From assembly GCF_006345805.1 (NCBI RefSeq), contig NC_042997.1:198338001-198402000 (forward strand): a DNA stretch of 64,000 nt, read 5' to 3'. Both the position numbers and the translations under genes were made by a program. The stretch comes from Octopus sinensis (lineage: Eukaryota). Below, in pieces: positions 24,916 through 38,190 of this stretch; position 1 is the first letter of the stretch; each line of letters opens with the position of its first letter. The notes beneath the pieces were generated by a model. The model was given only the letters and a program-made list of their open reading frames with translations. It was not told where the DNA came from and ran no database searches.

Positions 24916-25700
24916 CTAGCAGAGACACCCGGCGTTGCTCGGGATTAAAATAGCATAGTTTATATATAATATATTACAGTTATATTGAAACAGGTGATAT
25001 GGGAAAGTACAGCATTGACAACAAAACATTTGTGGATCAAATGATGGGCTAATTCGACTAAGTAACATGCTATGCGTCTGTTTGGAATATTTCAGGCCCT
25101 AACTTGTGGGGCTTATGTGATTTTTGAACGCACCGAGAAACTGTCAGTGGATATACTCTCTTTTGCAGCTGTCGGCGCTGTGTCTAACACGACCCATCAT
25201 CTTAAATGTTGACACCTCCTTCGGGTTTGTTGTCCTACATCACTCATAAATTAAATTTGGAGGAACTATAGTTGTTCATTTGTGGGTAACAGGGAACCAA
25301 TGAGGTGATAGACTTGCCCTTGAACTGTGACGTCGTCGTAAATTCATGTTTATCTATCTTCTTAGATGCTCCAAACGATGTCGTTTGCAGAGTTGTATTG
25401 TCTGATATTGTTGAGAAAATCCTTTGACTGAATGGAAATGCCTTCTAGAAGATCCATAAGTGGTTGACAAGGAGCTGGTAGTGCTGGCAATCTTACCTGA
25501 CTGTCTGAGCAGCACACACCATTTGTTTCATTTGAAAATTTGAAAGCTCTATAGAAAAGACAATTTTTCTTTAGCACACCAATTTGGACAGTTATCATTT
25601 TTATAAGAATGGAATGGATCATATCTGAAAACAGCTTCAGGAGTTGTGAAGAACAAATTTATACATAGTCTGTTTCTGAGAGCTATTCTATTGGACCTCT
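24916..25700 (-). mobile_element. Internally deleted Helitron with a RepHel N-terminal remnant
   Basis: Frameshifted AVFRYDP..VQIG..ETNGVCCSDSQVRLPALPAPCQPLMDLLEG..FLNNIRQYNSA/QMTSFGA..TVQGQVYHLIGSLLP. 3' hairpin CCCGAGCAACGCCGGG and CTAG^T at 24916-24919. Confidence 0.85.
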
Positions 25701-26609
25701 GTCTAATCATTAAAACATTTATTTAATGATCCAGCATTAAGTGCTGCAACATGCATTTGCTGATGTTGAGAAAATCTCAAGCTTCTCTCTTCAGACTCTC
25801 ACGTTTTCTATAATCCTTCTTGCTTTATACATGTTCCTGGAGAGATTACGTATTTTCTTTGGTGGCATATTTTTCCCAATATTGTAAACAAAAAATTATG
25901 AACACAGAAAGAAATTATCCATTAATCCCTATTTTTGTAAACAGTTGTATCTGTAAAAATTTTATTTCAAGAGAGCAGAAATTGAAAGAAGGTAAACCGA
26001 AAAGAACGGAGAAAGAAAGTGAAAGATGTATGTGTGTGTGTGTGTGTGTGTATGTGTGTGTGCGTGCTTGCGCGTGTGTATGTGAGAGAGAAAGAGGGTG
26101 AGAAAGAGAGATAGAGTGAGTGAGTGAATGTGTGTGTCGTGATGATTGACGTCTTTTAAAATTTTTACGATAGTTGATTTATGGAAAAGATTATATTAAA
26201 CTTTTGAAGTTTAATTTGTAGCCAAAATAGTACTGAATCTTTTGATACCCTATACGTCAAAATCTCTAACTCGGTTTTGGAAAGCATAAGGAATATATAA
26301 TATCAATGAGGCAGACCTCTACATGGTAGCTAGACCTGGTAGAAATAGTAGCCAAATCTCCCTCAAAACAACCTACTGTCGAATCCGACAATTCTGCCTA
26401 TTATGTAGTTTGAATGAGAAACTGTAACTAAAAATTAAAATTATTAACCCCTTAGAGAGAAAGAGAGAGAGAGGGGGGGAGAAAACGGACGGTTTTGGTT
26501 GACTGTCATCTTGTACTCCTCATCTTGCTAGCGAAATGGTATAGGCCGGCTGTCTGAATAACTTGTTTTAATGGCGGAACAAACAGGACATTAAAGGTTA
26601 CAAAAATAG

Positions 26610-26774
26610 CGATTCTCACTTTGAAACTAACGATTTTGAAAATCTTTTTAGATTACGGAACGTCCAGCTCTCTCATGTATCTATGTTTAAAATTTCAGTG
26701 TGAACGGATGCACAATACTCGAGTCATAAGCGCACAAACAGACAGACAGACGGAACGGATTTTATATATTAAGA
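26610..26774 (-). mobile_element. Helitron-like 5' end
   Basis: Minus strand starts TCTTAATATATAAAA..CTGTCTGTCTG, like the 11579 element; host base is not the canonical A. Confidence 0.4.
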
Positions 26775-27199
26775 CATACACGGGTTTCTTTCAGCCTGAG
26801 GCTGGAGTTGAATACACTTGGCCAAAGTGCTACACAACGGTTCTGAATTCTATACCGTATGGTTGTGGAGCAAACTTCTTATCACACAGCCACGCCTACG
26901 CAAGTTTAATCTGTAATAACGATCTCCTTTACATATCAAATTAATGAATGTATTTCTAATTGTTTGCCTTATCTAAACTGTAAGTAAAAAGAATGGATTT
27001 TATTTGTATAACAGAGCTGAATACTGAATATATATATGATATTCCAATGTATATGATCTGATAAGATACTTTTCTCTCGAAATACTTCATGGAAAGATTA
27101 GGAAACGGCTGTAATGATATGGAAATCGTACGAAAATAATAAATCCGTATTCGTCTGCTCACTGTGAGTTCAGTTTGATTCTCTGAGCACAATTATCTA

Positions 27200-27235
<36 letters not shown>

Positions 27236-27237
<2 letters not shown>

Positions 27238-27515
27238 AGGCGCAATGGCTCAGTGGTTAGGGCAGCGGACTCCCGGTTTCGATTCCCAGACCGGGCATTG
27301 TGAATGTTTATTGAGCTAAAACACCTAAAGCTCCACAAGGTTCCGGCAGGGGGGGGGGTGATCCCTGCTGTACTCTTTCGTCATAACTTTCTCTCATTCT
27401 TTCTACCGTTGGCCTGCTCGCTTGGACAGCGGGGTGGCGTCATTTGAAGGCTTAAACAATGCGATGTGTAGCAGCATCTGATAGCCTGGTCGTTCACGGT
27501 GATCACGGTGATATA
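27236..27515 (+). mobile_element. SINE family C with tail module
   Basis: Head GGAGGCGCAATGGCTCAGTGG; tail TTGGCCTGCTCGCT..TCACGGTGAT also at 31641-31763 and 41134-41255. Confidence 0.8.
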
Positions 27516-28094
27516 TATATATATATATGCATATACTACGAGTGTATAACGGGAGAGAGAGAGAGAGAGAGGGGGGGTTGAGAGATTACGGGAGAAATAT
27601 CTCATGTAAGCATTTGGTATCAACTAGTTGAGGTGCAAGGTTTTGTCATCCATTCGAATGACTTACTTTGGAATGTAATCTAACATCTTGTAAATATAAC
27701 ATTTGAACGTCCTTCGTAAGTCAACAGTTTGCCAAATATGCATCAAAATCCCAATCATTTCTGTATATTTTACAATTTCAATCCAATATGCCTTGCAATT
27801 AGATGACTGACAGGTCTAGATGACTCGCAGATCTAGAAATTTTGAGAGGTTTGTTGCAGTCTTCTTCTTATTCCAATCAGGACTCATGCCATTAGTCACA
27901 AAGAATAATCTCTAATTCGAGCCTACTCTAAGATACTAAGAATACCTGTGGCAACTTGAAGATCCACCCACCACATGCGATTGACTGGCGGTTGCAAGGG
28001 CGCGAAAGCTACGTTGTTATTCTCATTCCGTAAACGGTGGCTTTTTTAACGGGTGGAAAGCTGAACCATCCTGGGGTACAGAGGATTCACAATC

Positions 28095-28365
28095 TAGACT
28101 AGGGTCTGAAAGTTTAGCACATCATAGTGGGTTACACTATGGTTCCTCTGCTTTGTGACAGAAGTAGGAAGAAAGAGTGAGAGGAAGTTATGGTGAAAGA
28201 GTACAGCGGAGTTCACCCCCACACACACACACACACACCGCCGGAGCCTCGTGCAGCTTACGTGTTTTTGCTCAATAAACACTCACAATACCCGGTCTGG
28301 GTATCGAAACCGCGTTCTTACGACTGCGAGTCCGCTGACCTAACCACTGTGCCATTGCGCCTCCA
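28095..28365 (-). mobile_element. SINE family C-related copy
   Basis: Reverse complement of the tRNA head ends CCATTGCGCCTCC. Confidence 0.75.
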
Positions 28366-28439
28366 TTGTTTGTTGCAGTTGCGTGCCTTGGCGTTTGTTA
28401 CAGCTTCGTGCCTTTTTTTTTATATGCAGAGAGCATTTA

Positions 28440-28680
28440 GGCAGCGAGCAGGCAGCATTGTTGGCACGTCGGTCAAAATACTTAGCGGTATTTCGTCTGC
28501 CGTTACGTTCTGAGTTCAAATTCCGTCGAGGTCGACTTTGCCTTTCATCCTTTCGGGGTCGATAAGTTAAGTACCAGTTACGCTCTGGAGTTGATGTAAT
28601 CGACTTAAACCGTTTGTCTGTTCTTGTTTGTCCCCTCTATGTTTAGCCCCTTGTGGGCAGTAAAAAAAATAGGTATTTTC
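28440..28680 (+). mobile_element. SINE family A ending at the module junction
   Basis: Module followed by AAAAATAGGTATTTTCG. Confidence 0.8.
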
Positions 28681-29889
28681 GACCATTTCCAAAGTATCAC
28701 CATGGCCAACTTTGCTTTTCATCCTTTTCGGGATCGATAAAATAAGTACCAGATGAATAAAATGAGTTACATCAAACAGCATCATATTTTACTATCCAAG
28801 TGAAGGTTTCCAACTTACTAACTGAAATTATTTTTTCGTTTTCTATTTCTGTATGCATAGTTTTAACAAATACGCTTAGAAAACTAATGAAACTCCATCG
28901 GCCATTAAGGAATAGAATAAGAAAGAGTGAACGAGGGAGAGTTGGGAAGAAGAGTAACTAATACTTCAATGTACATTTGAAAAAGATCCGGCAATTCTTG
29001 TATGTTTCATTTCCTTAAAACATTGTTTATCAGAGCTTGTTCAACGCATCCCAATCTTCCCTCTTCTCTCCAACTCCTCCTCTTTAAGTCTCTCACTTTA
29101 ACTGTAATTATTTCGCAAAGATTTCTTAATACAGCTCGTGGGATTAATACAGCTTCTCTGATAACTTGTAAATAACATTCGAGCATGTGATCACAGTATG
29201 GGGTTTTTTGTTCGATAAATGTTTATTTTTCTCCTATGTAATCCATGCAGAATAATCAAAACCAAAGAGATTTTTGTTACAAAGCATTTTAAAAGAAGAA
29301 ACAAAGATTTTCCTTTTAGAATTTTAATAAATCCATTCGATATGGATGTAATAAGATCGGAAGTGTTAGAGTATTTAGCTTTGCTTTTTCCGTGATGACA
29401 ATTATTGATTTTAGATCTTTTAAAAAAGTTTTTTTTAATATTTTTTAAAGTTCTTGAATGATATGAAATTTTTCCTTTGGAAATATGTGAATCCGAGCCA
29501 CCCTTTTGCTATAAACGGAATGTAATTTAATTTGGTTCATAAGCGTATTTAAAACGATGAATGTAATTACAATTCGGTAAATTCAAAACATTATTAATAC
29601 TTTGTAATCAATTATACTTTTCTTTGTTATCAACCCTTTTACAAAAATTGTAAATAAAACCATTAATACATGCAAGTCTGTCTGTGTGTGAGTGAGTGTA
29701 TGTTTATGTTTGCATACATGTGACATGTGGGTGTCGATGGAAATCACACATGGTACTCTTGGCAAACATATTAGTGTGAATTCCATAAGTGCATTGTTTG
29801 CAGTCTTTATGAGAATATAGAAAACTGCGTTAATGCCTTTATTTTACACACATATACGCACACCCACACACGCAAGTAAACACACACAC

Positions 29890-29928
<39 letters not shown>

Positions 29929-30128
29929 ACTGGCAGATAGACGCAAAGACTAAAAATTAACCTGCTAGCTTGACATGCACGTGTGTACCATACATGTACT
30001 GATATGTATATGCACACACATACATACCTATATACATACATATATACATGCATGTGTGTGAATAAATATGTATGTATGTATGTGTGTATATATATATATA
30101 TGTGTGTGTGTATATATATATATATGTT

Positions 30129-30176
<48 letters not shown>

Positions 30177-30580
30177 ATATATGCCATAACTTGCGTTTCA
30201 AGTATATAGTGCCATGATTGCTTTGGAAGAATGAATGTAGAGTGATAACATCTAGTTTTCTCCCCGATTCTACTTGAAGAAATCCAAATGTACTCCAATC
30301 GATTATCAAGCGATAAATGAATATCTAAGTCAGAGGCCACCTGGCCACCCGGAAGCGAGCCAAATGACATTCAAATCAATCGGTCTTTCCTTAACATTAA
30401 TTGCTATAACACACGACCATAAGGCTGATTGCAAGAAACCTTAGGTGCTTAACATATAATATATACTCATATGTACATTCAGCTGGGTGCAAATAGCATA
30501 TATATATATATATATAATGCCATGCATTGTGTCTTTATACTCTGTGTACATGTATGTATGTGTATGTAAATGTGTATCTG

Positions 30581-30615
<35 letters not shown>

Positions 30616-30630
30616 ATATATATATATTAG

Positions 30631-30810
30631 TAATCCAAACAAGAAAGCACAAAAAACACAACAACGCGAGGACGTGGAACAAATATAGTATTATTGGACG
30701 CTAAGGAAAGAAGGAGGGTTTAACGTTTCGAGCGGAGCTCTTCTTCGGAAACATAGGAGAAGGGAAGACAGAGGGAAAAAAATCGCCAACGGTACACACG
30801 CGGTCACATT

Positions 30811-30812
<2 letters not shown>
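30631..30812 (-). mobile_element. Short repeat family F with hammerhead motif at 30718-30752
   Basis: GUUU-CCGAAGA-A-GAGC(ucc)GCUC-GAAA-CG-U-U/AAAC; U4 changed to C; flanked by (TA)n. Confidence 0.7.
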
Positions 30813-30854
<42 letters not shown>

Positions 30855-31134
30855 TTATATTTTATTTATTAGGGAATAAAATACCGGTATCACAGGGGTT
30901 CAAATTATTCTCAATGAGGAAATACATATGTTATTTAGAGATAGTAGTCCCCATCATCACACCATATAGAAGAATTTTAATTTAATACTTAGTACTCATT
31001 TCTCTGCTACACGTGTTTCTTGAGGTTCTTTTACGGTTCCATAAGCACGCAGTGTTTTACAGGAACATTTCTTAAAATGTAACGCCAATCATCAGGCCTG
31101 TAAATAACTTTATTATAGACTACTATCTCTAAAT

Positions 31135-31186
<52 letters not shown>

Positions 31187-32879
31187 CAGGGGGATTCAAA
31201 AGTCGTCATACATTGGAACAATTTATTTTTTATGAGAACCAGTTTATAAGAACAGTTTTTTTTTCCTTTAACAGGCTCCATATTGTTACCATTGTTTTGA
31301 ATACACATTGCAATACGTTTACCCCACTCATTGTGGACTCGTAATAACACATCAGGTGATATTTGTTGTTGATACATGAAGACTTTTGAATCAGCTTGTA
31401 TATATATATATTTATACAGGGTCTTGCAGATAAATTGTGACAATTCTTACGATGTATAAAACTGGTTATAATTACTAAAATAATGGTTCTAGACAGATAT
31501 AATTTTAATGTAACATTTATTACAACAAAATATTTATCACTTGATATGACCGCCCTTTTGGGCAATTACTGCCTCCACACGAGAACGAAATTTCTGGCAT
31601 GAATGTATATATGCATGTATTTATGTATGTATATATATAAGTTGGCCTGCTCGCTTAGCCAGCGGGGTGGCGTCATTCGAAGGCTAAAACAATGCGAACA
31701 CATTGTGACCAGCGATGTGTAACAACATCTGATGGTCTGGTCGGTCACGTGATCACGTGATATATATAAGTAGATATGTATTTACGTACCTATTTTGGTC
31801 TGCATATGCACAGAATCAATTAACTCACCGAAAGTAAAGTAAATAATAACTTGGTCTATCATTTAGTGTTAAAGCGAAATATGACCAAAGCTAATGATTA
31901 ACTTTTAAGGAACGCTGGAAACCGACCAACTTAACTCGTATCACCATTATTATTGTTTGTTGATTATTATTTCTTTCTAATCTTTTGTATTGGACTAAAA
32001 TGTGTATACTTACCTCATTTACGTGAGAATACTGTAGTCCCTTAATCATTGCGTGTGTTACGCTCTAAAACCCCACGTGATAGGTGAAAATCCACGAAGT
32101 AGAAACAGTACTGTACTCTATATTTTTTTTAATTATTATTTTTATTTGTATATATTTATCATCAATATCTATAAAGCTGAAATGCAAAAAAGTTGTTTGA
32201 TTTCTTGGTTATTTGTCTCATTTTGTGATGGAAAAGGTTTAAAGGGCGGTAGATGGGGTCGGATTGGCGCCACAATGTACACAGGGGAGTAAAATGGGGT
32301 GGGCCATGGTGTGAGGAGGGCTGCAAAGTCACTCGGGGCTACCGTTTAGTTGCTATGGTGAGGAATATGGGAAAAATTGTGTTTTATGGGATAGACAGGT
32401 TGCGCTCTTTGAATAATGGTGGCTTTTCTTGTTGCTGCAGGGGCTAGAGACGGTTATCTTTAACTGTGGGTGTAAAAATTTGGGGGATTTTGGAAAGGGG
32501 GTTAAAGAAGAGGGCAATGAAAAGAACCATGCAAAGAAAACGAACAAAAGAAGAAAGGGAAAAGGTGACAACAAGAACAAAAAACACCACCAGCAAAACC
32601 CGAGCGAAGCACGGGTCAAAATAGCTAGTCTTATTATAAATGCAAAACAACATCACAGAGGATTCGACGTAAGCTAAAAAAATAAACCGCGATATGTAAA
32701 CGACGAAATGGCGAGGGATTGCTGTATACTGCAAAACATGTTCCAAATTCAAGCCAAGCATGTAATTTTTTTTCTGTTCATTTCAGTATATATATTCCGG
32801 ATTTCTGTACTCAAAGTTCAAATCTCGCTGTCGTCAAATTTACCTTTCTTTTAACTGGGGTTCATAAATGACTTAACAG

Positions 32880-33426
32880 TCCACCCTTAGTTCTTAGCTC
32901 TTCCAATGCTGTCAGTAAAACGGGCAACGAGATTTCTCCAAACATCCCGACTGCTCGCTTTCCGCTTAACTCCACTTCGACCGACTCACATCGTTATTAT
33001 GTCGTTCTGGATCGTACTGTGACACGTCTTGATCCTCCACTCTCTCTTTTACCTCTTTCCGCCGTTCACTCTGTCACGATGATAGCATATCTCTCCTGCT
33101 GATGTCAAAAGACACGGTCAGTAAGACGTACCCGTCGCTTCGTCACCATGTCCCACAAACTTCCCATGTCGGCTCTTTTGCTATTCGTTTCTCCTCATGT
33201 CCCGGTAATCGATGCCCAGGACTGGAAATAGGCAGCATCGATGGAACACATCCAGCAATTGAGAGATTTTCGCTGACTTCTTCCAGGTTTCACAGATGTA
33301 GATGACTGATGGTATAGCAACAGATGAGCATAATTGCAGTGCAGTTTTACCTTCTTACTGATAGTCTTCAATCTCCTTATTGGACGAAGGTGTTGGAATA
33401 TTGGTGTTGCTTTACCTATTGGTTGC
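32880..33426 (-). mobile_element. RTE-clade LINE 3' fragment, continuing at 34948-34990 beyond the SINE array
   Basis: PIGKATPIFQHLRPI..ISKKVKL / VAIPSVIYICETWKKSAKISQLLDVFHRCCLFPVLGIDYRD. Confidence 0.8.
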
Positions 33427-34947
33427 GCGGCGAGCTGGCAGAATCGTTAGCACGCCGGGCGAAATGCTTAGCGGTATTTCGTCTGCCGTTACGTTCTAAG
33501 TTCAAATTCCGCCGAGATCGACTTTGCCTTTTATCCTTTCGGGGTCGATTAAAATAAGTACCAGTTACGCACTGCGGTCGACATAATCGACTTAATCCGT
33601 TTGTCTGTCCTTGTTTGTCCTCTCTATGTTTAGCCCCTTGTGGGTAGTAAAGAAATAGGTATTTCGTCTGCCGTTACGTTCTGAGTTCAAATTCCGCCGA
33701 GGTCAACTTTGCCATTCATCCTTTCGGGGTCGATTAAATAAGTACCAGTTACGCACTGGGGTCGATGTAATCGACATAATCCGTTTGTCTGTCCTTGTTT
33801 GTCCCCTCTGTGTTTGGCCCCTTGTGGGTAGTAAAGAAATAGGTATTTCGTCTGCCGTTACGTTCTGAGTTCAAATTCCGACGAGGTCAACTTTGCCTTT
33901 CATCCTTTCGGGGTTCATTAAATAAGTACCAGTTACGCACTGGGGTCGATATAATCGACTTAATCCGTTTGTCTGTCCTTGTTTGTCCTCTCTGTGTTTG
34001 GCCCCTTGTGGGTAGTAAAGAAATAGGTATTTCGTCTGCCGTTACGTTCTGAGTTCAAATTCCGCCGAGGTCAACTTTGCCTTTCATCCTTTCGGGGTCG
34101 ATTAAATAAGTACCAGTTACGCACTGGGGTCGATATAATCGACTTAATCCGTTTGTCTGTCCTTGTTTGTCCTCTCTATGTTTAGCCCCTTGTGGGTAGT
34201 AAAGAAATAGGTATTTCGTCTGCCGTTACGTTCTGAGTTCAAATTCCGCCGAGATCGACTTTGCCTTTCATCCTTTCGAGGTCGATTAACTAAGTACCAG
34301 TCACGCACTGGGGTCGATGTAATCGACTTAATCCGTTTGTCTGTCCTTGTTTGTCTTCTCTATGTTTAGCCCCTTGTGGGTAGTAAAGAAATAGGTATTT
34401 CGTCTGCCGTTACGTTCTGAGTTCAAATTCCGCCGAGGTCAACTTTGCCTTTCATCCTTTCGGGGTTCATTAAATTAAGTACCAGTTACGCACTGGAGTC
34501 GATGCAATCGACTTAATCCGTTTGTCTGTTCTTGTTTGTCCTCTCTGTGTTTGGCCCCTTGTGGGTAGTAAAGAGATAGGTATTTCGTCTGCCGTTACGT
34601 TCTGAGTTCAAATTCCGCCGAGGTCAACTTTGCCATTCATCCTTTCGGGGTCGATTAAATAAGTACCAGTTACGCACTGGGGTCGATGTAATCGACATAA
34701 TCCGTTTGTCTGTCCTTGTTTGTCCCCTCTGTGTTTGGCCCCTTGTGGGTAGTAAAGAAATAGGTATTTCGCCTGCCGTTACGTTCTGAGTTCAAATTCC
34801 GACGAGGTCAACTTTGCCTTTCATCCTTTCGGGGTCGATTAAATAAGTACCAGTTACGCACTGGGGTCGATATAATCGACTTAATCCGTTAGTCTGTCCT
34901 TGTTTGTCCCGTCTATGTTTAGCCCCTTGTGGGTTGTAAAGAAACAC
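33427..34947 (+). repeat. SINE A head followed by 8 tandem 184-185-bp modules
   Basis: Module starts at 33474, 33659, 33843, 34027, 34211, 34395, 34580 and 34764. GTTGC is duplicated at 33422-33426 and 34948-34952. Confidence 0.95.
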
Positions 34948-36459
34948 GTTGCTGCATCATCCTCATTAAATATACTGGGGTCAGTTATTCTGCCTTCTCT
35001 CACTCCCACTCCCACTGTGTGTGTTTCAGTCTTTCTGTTTTAGTCTCAAATATATCAGCTATGTTCAGGCTTGGGAAAGAGCTAGGACTCCGCTAGGATT
35101 CAATGCCCAAGGTACGCCATATTTCAAGACAGCGTCCCTACGACACCCCTTTAGAAATGAGCATCTAAAGCATGTGTGTTAGTGTGTGTGTGTTTATATT
35201 TTTATGTTGCATGTACATATGCTTGCTGTATATTTATGTAAAGTACAAAACCCTGGATATAATGCTAAATTAAGTATTATACCTGATATTGAACCATAGC
35301 TGTCCGTACTAAGGCTTTACCCATCGCGCTTATCTTTTTCTGTGTAACGTTTCCTTCCTGATTTTAATAATGTTTACAAATGCAGTAACACACCTTTGTA
35401 GTTCTGTAATCGTGAGCATAGCTACAAGTAAAGATTATTGAAATTGCATAGGACAAGCTTAAAATGATGAGCTAAATGAGATAACATATTATTATTTTGC
35501 GGTTAATAATTACGTGTAATATCTAATTTAATTATGGAATTCTATAGTATCTAAAGACTCCAAGCAGCAGTCATTCTCACATTTAAGATCTAGCTTTAGG
35601 AAGACAAGAATTAGTTGAATGTATTGAATTATAGGAATTTGTCATCGATTTTTTATTCATTAAAATTGCTGTAAAATGCATTGGAATTCAATAATTCCGA
35701 GGTTGGGGAAGCAGATTATTATAAGTTCTGCTGCTAAAGCAGTTTCAATTTACGTATTTCTTTAGAGATAATGGAAGACAAAATACGTCTTATCTTCTGT
35801 CCGTATCGTAGATATTCATCGTATATATATATCTAGTGGAAATATAAGTACAAAAGAATTAAAAATTCTTACGCAATAATTTTGATGTTAAATGAATCGC
35901 TGGTGTTTTCAATTATCTGGATTCATTTCAAATTTTCCCAGTGGAGAGATGCTTAAGTAGATAATATTTTATGAATTTGCCAGATGCAACCTCATCCAAA
36001 CGTTCATCTCATTCAGTAACAAATATAATTATATCTGCATATTGCAATCGAATTTTATATCTTTTAAAAAACATTTATCATACCATAACAAATATATTTA
36101 GCAGTATATGTATTTTCATGGTGATTTTCACCAATGAAATTAATATTCGTACCTCTCAAACATATAACGAAGCAACTTTTTGTGAAGATTTTCTTTTAGC
36201 TTTCTTATATTAGATTCTCTTACCTATCCCACAACACTCATCCACGCAAACATTCTGGTAGTTCATATAAGCTAATTTCTCTGAGATCCGCCAGCCCTAA
36301 GCCGACCACTTCTGACAAAAAATCTGTTTCAAATCATCCTCGTCCGAATCAGTGAATGACTGACTTTATCCTCCTCGGCCCATCATTCTACATTCTTTAT
36401 AGAACCGATGCATATAACTACAAATGTCCAAGCAGTTTGCCTGCAAATTATGGCAATTC

Positions 36460-37720
36460 GATGCCTTCATACAGCGTTGTTGGGCACTGGACAGAGGAAC
36501 TGGTTAACTTGGTGGGAGTCTGGTTTAGACCAAGCCTCCAGATGGAGAAGAACTAGACGGAGGTTTCGTGCAAGGTGACTGCAATAGTCAAGAAGTGGCC
36601 AATGTGTTTATCGAATCGGTCATTACCTACCGCCTGACCGTAGTGCTCTGTCCGGATTTGTGGTTGATCAGGTTGGAAAGACAGCTCTTTCACTTTTTGT
36701 GGAAGGGCAGGTCGCCGCTTGTGAAACGCTCTGTCTGTTGTCAAAAGCCGTTAAAGGGAGGTTTGGGGATGCCTTGGTTAATGATGGGCAGGCATGCGTT
36801 GAGGTTGAGGCATCTCTGGATTCTCCAGGATGGTGAACGGGTGTGGTCTCCGCTGGCCAGACATATGTTCCCCGACTTCAAAAGTTTTTGCGAACAGGAA
36901 GCAGGGTGTTTTCCTAGACCGAGATCGAGTGAATGGCATAAAGAGTGCCGTAAGGCCCTCCTGCTATTCTGGCGCTCGGGCAACGCCAGCGGTGAGGGTT
37001 CTACACAAATTTTATATAATGGTTTGGTAGAGTCTGAATGTGACGATGATCTAGGGGCGACTCTAGGTCTCGGGTATATTCAACTGGACAGCCTGTTCCA
37101 TCTTACATTTCGGGTTGAGAACGTTGGACAACTTCCAAAAGTTCTTGACCTGGCAATGTTACAAAGGCGCCTTGCCCGTTTGGGATAAGCTCGCAAGACA
37201 TGGTAAGCGTCAGTCTCTGACCTGTCCAAGATGCGGGGGAGACAGGGAAACCTTCTCCCACGCTATTGTCCAATGTCCGGAGATATCTGAAATGTGGGTT
37301 TATGCTGAACACCTGTTGTCCGTCGAAGGAAAAGTACGGCTATCGACTCAGTCATTGACCCACTGGAAGTTTTAACAAACGTAGGTAAGAATTGTTTTCT
37401 CATGGTTGTAGCAATAGCGAAAGAAGTAGTAAAGAAGACTAGGATAAAAAGGATTAAGACAGGCAACTTTATCTCCGGCCACGATTTACGATAATTTTTT
37501 ACTTTTCATTTGAAAACGGTGGGGCTGGAGAAGAGATGTCTGTCGGAGAGTATGTTCAAAAAGAGACGGAAGCATGTTGCACGAGTTTTGTACATGCAAG
37601 GAACCGTGTGAATATGCTATAAAAGAAGGACAAAACAAAAAGGTACCAGCGATAGATCAGGGCTTGTGGGGTCGGAGCGTGGCCTGATCATCGCTACATT
37701 TGTGTTGTCTCTGTATAGTT
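36460..37720 (+). mobile_element. Tx1/L1-clade LINE 3' portion (post-RT region and CCHC knuckle), decayed
   Basis: LVNLVGVWF..LQMEKN; LERQLFHFLWKGRSPLVKRSVCCQKPLKGGLGMPWL; LTWQCYKGALPV..CPRCGGDRETFSHAIVQC. Confidence 0.85.
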
Positions 37721-37821
37721 AATTTCATTCATTTTTTTAATATTTTATATATAATTTTTATATTCATATTTTATGTAAAATCATAACGTATTCCTGATCC
37801 CAATCAGTTGTTTTGTTCATT

Positions 37822-38190
37822 TCTGTGTTTGGCCCCATGTGGGCAATAAAGAAATTGGTATTTCGTCTGTCTTTACGTTCTGAGTTCAAATTCCGCCGAG
37901 GTCGACTTTACCTTTCATCCTTTCGGGGTCGATAAATTAAGTACCACTTGTTACCGGGTTCAATCTAATCGACTGGCCCCCACCTCCCGCCCAAAATTTC
38001 GGGCATTGTGCGTAGAGTAGAAAAGAGACGTTAGCACGATGGGCGAAATGCTTTGCGGTATTTCGTCTGCCGCTACGTTCTAAGTTCAAATTCCGCCGAG
38101 GTCGACTTTATCTTTCATCCTTTCGGGGTCGATAAATTAAGTACCAGTTGCGTACTGGTCTCAATCTAATCGACTGGCCCCCTCCCTCAA
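37822..38190 (+). mobile_element. Cluster of SINE A modules with an alternative 3' tail (subfamily A2)
   Basis: Module core followed by ATCTAATCGACTGGCCCCC..CAAAATTTC; similar tails at 44387-44560 and 61185-61350. Confidence 0.75.

Noticed and set aside
25366-25367. A^TC as the 5' end of the 24916 Helitron
   Set aside because: It falls inside the RepHel coding remnant.
33427-34947. CRISPR-like or retrozyme-like array
   Set aside because: No unique spacers and no cas genes; units are SINE modules with a B box. I found no hammerhead core on either strand of the module.
36568-37188. 206-aa ORF as a host gene
   Set aside because: It is a fragment of the Tx1/L1 ORF2, bounded by stops and frameshifts.
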